NCBI RefSeq assembly: GCF_032191835.1
Contig: NC_083223.1
Location: 254,448,001 to 254,512,000 of the forward strand
Direction: 5' to 3'
From: Heteronotia binoei
Taxonomy: Eukaryota
Length of the DNA stretch: 64,000 nucleotides
A program made the position numbers and the translations under genes. Positions 57,327 to 64,000 of the stretch are shown one piece after another (positions within the stretch are counted from its first letter, which is position 1; each line of letters begins with the position of its first letter). The notes beneath the pieces were generated by a model, which saw only the letters and a list, made by a program, of their open reading frames with translations, had not been told where the DNA came from and made no database searches.

Positions 57327-57910
57327 CGGGGTTTCAAACATGCAGTCCAGGGCTAAATCAGGCCCCCAGAGGGCTCCTATCAGGCCCTCAACCAACTGGC
57401 TGTCATCTGCTTCCTTCTTATCTCGTTTCCTTCTGCATAAGAGCTTGCTTTGCAAGGCTTGCTCAATTGTACAGGAGCTACAGAGCAAAACCTCGGTTTT
57501 CTTCATTGGCTGAGGCTCCTCCCTTGGGGAGGAAGGGGAGAAGGCAGAGTTTGCTTTGCTGTGCGTTCTCAATCATGCAGCAGAGCTACTGAGCCAAGCC
57601 TCTCTTCTTTCTATTGGCTGAAGCTCCTCCCCACCCTGGGGAAGAAAGGAAAACGAGAGCTTCCTTTGCCAAGTTCCCTGGATCCCATGGGAGTGATACA
57701 AAGAAAGCACGTGTAAGACTAACGTGTGTTAATGTTTTAAGGGATTTTTTTTTTAAAAATTGTGTTTGTGTCCTTTATAAAGTTTATATCTCTGCTACCT
57801 AATCTTAAATAGTTACACACACAGCCTGGCCCAACCCGACATGGCCCGGCCCAACAAGGTCTCATTTATGTCCGATCTGGCCCTCATAACAAATGAGTTC
57901 GACACCCCTG
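57327..57910. mobile_element. hAT (Charlie-like) non-autonomous element
   Basis: Ends GAGTTCGACACCCCTG; TSD CTCTAGAC; paralogous to 38244-38856. Confidence 0.75.
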
Positions 57911-58496
57911 CTCTAGACAAAGACTGCTGGGAACCTGCAAGGATCTTTTCACATATACCCCTTTTAACATATGGTAGCCCTGAAGCACAGCTCAGGCAGA
58001 GCCTCTCCTGGCAGCTAACTTGCAGCTAATCACGGCATTGGACAAAATGCACAAGCCCAGGAAAGCCAGATATATCTCCCAGCCTTAACACGTTCTGTTG
58101 CAAAGGTCACCAATGTTCTTTAATGAAACTGCTTCAGAGTCATGAAAAATATCCCAAGCTACTCTCCACCCCCCTGTATTACCAAGTTTCTTTTTCCATC
58201 CAAGATCTTGGGAGCCAAGCCTTTGGATGGGCTACCACCAAGACAGTCTAGAGTTGTATGCAGAGGTAGGGAATAGCAGACCACTGCTGTTAGTTCCTTA
58301 CCTTTGAAAAACCCACAGGGCTACCATAAGGTGGCTGAGGCTTGACGGTAAAAAACCAGGTGCAAGAAACAGAACGTGGATTAGGAAGAGCAACAGAAAT
58401 GAAGCTATTGACTAAGCAGCAGAGAAAAAGCCTTTGAAAGAAAAAAAAATTATGGAGAAAGTCTTGAGCAGACCTTTTCCTGGGTCTTCTAGAGCA

Positions 58497-58995
58497 GGGG
58501 TCCCCAACCCCCAGGCCGTGGACCAATACTGGTTGGTGGCCTGTTGGCAACCAGGCCATGAGTTGAATATTTATTTCATTATATATTACAATGTAGTAAT
58601 AATAACAATAAGACAACATTGGATTTATATCCTGCCCTCCACTCCAAATTTCAGAGTCTCAGAGCGGCTCACAATCTCCTTTACCTTCCTCTCCCACAAC
58701 AGACACCCTATGAGATGGATAGGGCTGAGAGAGCTCTCCCCAGAAGCTGCCCTTTCAAGGACAACTCTGCCAGAGCTATGGCTGACCCAAGGCCATTCCA
58801 GCAGCTGCAAGTGGAGGAGTGGGGAATCAAACCTGGTTCTCCTAGACAAGAGTCTGCGCACTCAACCACCACATCAAACAGAAATAAAGCGCACAATTGT
58901 ATCATCCTGAAACCATCACCCTCTTCCCCGGTCTGTGGAAAAATTGTCTTCCACAAAACCAGTTCCTGGTGCCAAAAAGGTTGGAGACCACTGCT
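58497..58995. mobile_element. hAT (Charlie-like) element interrupted by a Squam3-like SINE (about 58617-58872, -)
   Basis: CAGGGGTCCCCAAC..GTTGGAGACCACTG termini; TCTAGAG-type flanks. Confidence 0.7.
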
Positions 58996-59232
58996 CCAGA
59001 GGATGCACAAGGCACTCCGCAGCAGCTGCCAAGCTTCCAAACTACTCATGAGAGATGGCTGCTCTGCAGAGACGAAGGCAAAGCCCTCCTGAAAGCACTG
59101 GCCAAGCACCACGCAGACCACTAGTAATAAAAGGCAGATTTTTTTTTTATTTTGAGAAAACAAAGCTACACTGGGATTATGACCAGTTATACTGGAAGTT
59201 CCTTAAAAAAAAAGAGAGAGAGAAGCTATGGA

Positions 59233-59238
59233 TTTATT
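59233..59238 (-). terminator. Candidate DEDD polyadenylation signal
   Basis: AATAAA on the minus strand followed by a U-rich tract; a second AATAAA at 59146-59151. Confidence 0.4.
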
Positions 59239-62188
59239 TTTTTTACACAAATTTGTGCCAGAATTGATGGGAGTAATTGCGTGTATGTGTGCGCGCCCAT
59301 GTGCACACGGGAGGGAGGTGCACGCTCGGCAGAAACGCTCTTGAGAACGCTAAGAGCTGCCAGGTGCGGGTCGGGACTCGGGCCCTGTTTATGTGGTCAT
59401 CGATGGCAGCAACAGCTTTCCCTGGACTGTACCAAACCGGGCTGCAGTGCAGAAATGCCTGGCATGGCAAGGATGTGGGTAACCTGAAACTTTTGTCTTA
59501 AGTCCATTTTTGGAGACTTAATAAAAATAATAAACCTGTGGCCTGGGAGGTTTACAGTAAACGTGGCTGCAAAGAGGAAGAAGAGCAGAATCACAAAGCA
59601 CAGGAAGCTACCCAAAACGCCTCCTACCTCTTTTTTTTGGGGGGGGGGGGTTGCAAGGAGCCTTTCAAGGAGAAGCGGTGATTCTTCCCTTCTCCCAGCA
59701 GGGCTTAAAATGCTGCAGTCCAGGAAACAAGTGCCAGCTATTTCTCACTGACCATATGAACTGGCCCCACAATTGGAATTCCATTCAACCCCACCTTTAA
59801 ATGGGAGTTTGCCCGCTTGCTTACCAGGAAGGAGGAGGAGAAAACAACCATTTATGCCAAATGGGAAAAGGCTCGGGTGGGGGGGGGAGGGAGTGTGGAG
59901 AGACCCACAGAAGATCTTTGCGCACAGACAGCACATCTAGCACAGGTGCTAGACGTGTCCAAGCAGCTCTCTTGGGTAGCCTCCCAAACCAAAGTTCCGC
60001 TTCAGCTGCTTCCAGATTCGTGGGATCCAAATTAATGCAAGACACAGAGGCGACAAACAGGAAAACAAATTCAGAAACAAAGCTGATTTTAAAAACAAAC
60101 AAACAAATCCTACATGAAGATAGACTTGGATTCTCATTCTTGCTCCCTCCCCACCATTATAGCTTCATGTGATTTTTTTTTTTGTCAAGTGCCGACATCT
60201 CCCTTCTCTCCCTGCAACTGGAGCCTGAAGCGATTATCTCCTGGAACTGAGCACGAACAGGATTCTCATTGTACCAACATGAAGTTTTACGGAGACATGG
60301 ATGTGTCAATTTTTTGGACAGGGAAGTGGTAACCCCAACTCATCAGTGCTACCAAAACATAAAAGTGCCCTCGAGCTCTCCCAAATTCCAAAGCCACTTG
60401 TGCGGATGGCCCAGCAGCTCCGGTGAGCTTTCACAACCCCGACGTGTCTGCCCTTCCTAGGACAATGTCTCCTTTTCTCTTTCCCCACTCCGGCCTCAAA
60501 AGCCCTCTGCTGAGGATATTTATCCTGAGACGCTTCCCCGCTCCTCCTTGGAAAGCTCCAACAGTCTTTTTAGAAAATGCATCATGACATTTAAGGAACA
60601 TGAGAGGCAGCGGCCATGACACCCAGCAGCACCGATGGAATGGAAGGCAGGAAACCAAAATCCATCTCTTTCCTTTGTTCCTCCCACCCCAAGCGGGCCT
60701 CCTACGGGATTTGCTCCTAAAGCCCTTCACAGAGAGCCAGGCTAGAGCCAAATCCAGGTCCAAAAATGGGATAAGGAGTCCCAGCAGGCGAGGTGGGGAG
60801 CAAAAAGGCAAGGAAGGGCTGAGATGATGCAGCTGTGGGGACTCCCAGACTGGGATTTCTTGCCCTACTGCCTTTGGTCTGGCGTGACCGTTCACAGACA
60901 GCACGTTCCTCTTCCTTCCTCTGCTCCTGTAATCCCACCTGCCTCTTGAAGGCATGAAACAACTGAGATGGTCGGGGGTAGGGTAGGAGGGGTTCAAGGA
61001 GGTGAGAGGAAAAAGACCCCGAGGAGCATTCCTTTCTCTGTCATCTTTGGAGGCAGACGCTCCCTCTGACCAAAAAATGGTCAAGGGAAAGGCACACGCA
61101 GTGGAATCAGAGAGGTGCCGGACGGCTCTCCTTGCTCAGGAGGCCTGGTCAAGGGTAAGTGCTAGGTGCGGGGGGAGGGCGGTGTGGGGGGGGAACTCTT
61201 GGGGCCTGTTTTCATTTAGTGTTGCTAGCTGGGTTTGGAGGGGGCTTCAGAAGCAGGACCCCAAATAAATGTCCTCATCTCAAATGAGGACAATCCACCC
61301 CCTGGGGAGAGCTGATTTCAAAGAGGTCAGGTCTCTTCACCATCTTGCACAATGGATCCTCCTGCCTTCCACGAACAAGCTATTTCCTTCCAGAGAGAGA
61401 ACCCCCCCCCCAAATATTCAATTGCATAACAGTTCATAAATCCAACTGGCAGGACTCGCTGCCATCTTAAAGACAGTGCTACATCGTGGAGGTGGGAGGA
61501 CAGATTTGGTTTAAATTAAGAGCATCTTTCTGGTTCTCGTAGTCCAAGACACCAAATGCCTTCCCTTCTCTGCACATCGCCACCCTACCCCCACCCCAGA
61601 CTCACAGCTTTGAAAGAAAATACTGGCATAAGATGCTCCCCTCACAAGAACAGCTACGTTTGGGTTCGGTTTCCTTTTTCTTTTAAATATAAAGAGACAA
61701 GTTGAAGTCTCATTACTTCTGGATCAGGCTAAGACCCAGAAAGACTTTTCTGGGCAATAGCCAATTGCGCCAAAGGGTAGTCTAATTTTTTGGAGACAGA
61801 CAGTACCAACAAAAAACCCAAAAATAAGTAGTAGTAGAAGTAGACAGCACAAGAGAGAATGTGAAAAGGAAGGATGACAGACCTGGGGAGTTTCCGGCAA
61901 GAAGCCCAAAAGGCTCTCCCGGCCTGTGGAGAATGGCCCTCTCCAAAGACCTCGTAAAGAGGGGCCTGGGACCAACTTCTCAGAATTTTTTCCTGCCTCC
62001 CATTTTGGTTCCCAACCAGAGGGAGGGATGAAATCAACTGCATCGATTTCCACATTGGCAGGTCTTACAGTTGCTCAGGATTTGACTCCTTAAGAGAACA
62101 CACACCCCTTTTTTTTAAAGGAAAAAAAATCCCAATTCCATTCCAAAGAAGAGGCAAAGATGAGAAAAAAAGGGTTGAGGGGGTGGGT

Positions 62189-62565
62189 TCAAGGAGCCGT
62201 CTGGAGCATCAAGTTCCTCAGGAGTTTCTGGCGGCCCACCTCGTAATCCTCTTCATCCACGTTGACCAGGAGCTTGATGGCCTCGTGGCCCACTGCTTGC
62301 TTGAGCGAGTCCGTGATAAAGACGCCTTTCAGGGCCTCCAGCAGAGAGCCGTTGATGTAGTCGCGCCAGAAGGCGTCGAGGTAAGTGAGCTCCGAGAACT
62401 TTATGTCACAGATGATCGAGCCCAGGTCCCGGGATTTCAAGATCGTGTTGGCCTGGCTAAAGCGCTCAAATTGCCGCTCAAGAGGGTCCTGCTTGTTGGA
62501 GAAGACGTTCCCCTCCAGGGCTGTCTCATGCTGGCAATACTCCGCTCGGACTCGGAGGCGGATGT
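62189..62565 (-). CDS. DEDD: Death effector domain-containing protein, last coding exon (DIRLRVRAEYCQHETALEGNVFSNKQD..KLLRNLMLQTAP*); upstream exons lie right of the window
   Basis: tttccag|AC acceptor; strong match to the DEDD C-terminus; synteny with NIT1. Confidence 0.95.
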
Positions 62566-64000
62566 CTGGAAAGGAGACAATGGAGAATAGGATAAGAACC
62601 CATGTTGGATCAGGCCAATGGCCCATCCAATTCAACACTCCGTGTCACAAAGTGGCCAAAAAAACCCAGGTGCCATCAGGAGGTCCACCAGTGGGGCAGA
62701 ACTCCAGAAGCCCTTCTACTGCTGCCCCTCCAAGCACTGAGAATACAGAGCATCACTATCCCAGACACTATACCTTGTAGCTAATAGCCATTGATGGAAC
62801 TCTGCTCCAGATGTTTATTCAGTCTCCTCTTGAGGCTGTCTATCCTTGTAGCTGCTGCCACTTCCTGCAGCAGTGAATTCCACGGGTTCATTTCTCTTTG
62901 GATGTATATTAAGAACATAACCATTGTGGGAAATTAGACAAATACTCTGTTTGGCCAAGGAGCAAAATCAGATTGCTTCCGGAAGCCTGTGAGCAAACCA
63001 TGAAGCCCAAAACCTTCCTTCTCTTGGTCATCTGGTGCTTTTCCCCCCTCAGAGGTACACTGCTGCTAAACCAAGAGGCTCCATTTCATGATCATGGCTA
63101 GCAGTCACAACAGGACTGGGGGAAAGTTCCTGTCAGTGCCATGGTCAAACTCCAGAATGGAGAAGTGACCTGGGAAATAGACACATTGCATCAAGGCACT
63201 CTTTCTCAGGGCTAAGAACTCAGGCAGCCCCTTAGATTACTAGGAGGCTGCAGACGATGAAAAGACGGGAGATGGCTAGAGTGGCAGTGAAGGAAGACTC
63301 GGGATGAATCTGACAAGACACGGGCAAGAGCCTTTGAAAGCCTAATCCATGCTGGTGATGGCAGCAAAGAAACCGCATTTCTCCACCAGCACTGCATCTG
63401 CATTGTGTAGACCAGTGGGTCTCTTCCAGATAGCCAGGGGCCTATTGGGTTCTAGCCAATGGGAAGAGGTAGACTGTTCTGCAGCCTGTTGGGACCTTTT
63501 GCTAAGCACTTCGTGGATAAAATCTCTCGCGTCCTTTCCAACTTGCACTTTACAAGATCAGATGGTCCCAGGTTGCCGATTTCTTTAGCTGCATGGGATA
63601 CCTTTCAGCTTGTGCAGTCTGAGTATGCGGACAGTATTCCTGGAAGTTTAAAACTTACCGCCTTGCCCCTCCTGGCTACTCAAATCTGCCAGGGGAAGGG
63701 CTGTTCAGGAGACAACAAATGCCAAACTGAGAGAGGGGGTTGGTCACTCTTGCCTTGAAGTGGGCAGTGGTGCATCCATTACTAAAGAAATCTACTCTGG
63801 GCCCAGGACAGCTGATTAACTTGTCCAGTCTCAAATGTACCATTACTTGACCAAGGTGACAGAACCGGTGGTGGCTGGCCAACTTTAGAGATTCCTGCAG
63901 TGGATTGTCTGGATCCATACCAATCTGGATACAGGCCCACTTAGAGGACTGAAACGACCATGGTTCCCTTGATGGATCACATGCACTGGGAGATGAACAG

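Noticed and set aside
60362-60368. miR-17-family seed match (GCACTTT, minus strand) in the putative DEDD 3'UTR
   Set aside because: A single 7-mer is expected by chance in 3 kb; conservation cannot be assessed here.
62183-62780. Plus-strand ORFs overlapping the DEDD exon
   Set aside because: Antisense shadows of the DEDD CDS running into a CR1 fragment.

Overview
This is vertebrate (squamate, most likely gecko) genomic DNA. The host call is an inference from the SINE, CR1 and hAT repeat families I recognise by eye. Five genes were reconstructed exon by exon from translation plus GT/AG boundaries: (1) the 5' part of a V-ATPase catalytic subunit A gene on the minus strand (8 coding exons, 17261 down to 205, continuing off the left edge), which looks like a paralog rather than the usual ATP6V1A ortholog; (2) KLHDC9 (+, 30410-34244); (3) PFDN2 (-, 43651-36101); (4) NIT1 (+, about 45767-55618); (5) the last exon of DEDD (-, 62565-62189). 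The order KLHDC9-PFDN2-NIT1-DEDD matches human 1q23.3. Introns and intergenic DNA are dense in mobile elements, many with readable target-site duplications (TSDs). These include a full-length L1-clade LINE with two intact ORFs, a young RTE LINE with a precise 5' inversion, a Foldback/Mutator-like element with a 9-bp TSD, a four-level nested insertion, Penelope-like remnants carrying minimal hammerhead-ribozyme motifs, many hAT MITEs, and long palindromes. Coordinates were counted by hand: exon, TSD and motif positions were checked carefully, while ends of degraded repeats are approximate. Family names come from recall, not from database searches.
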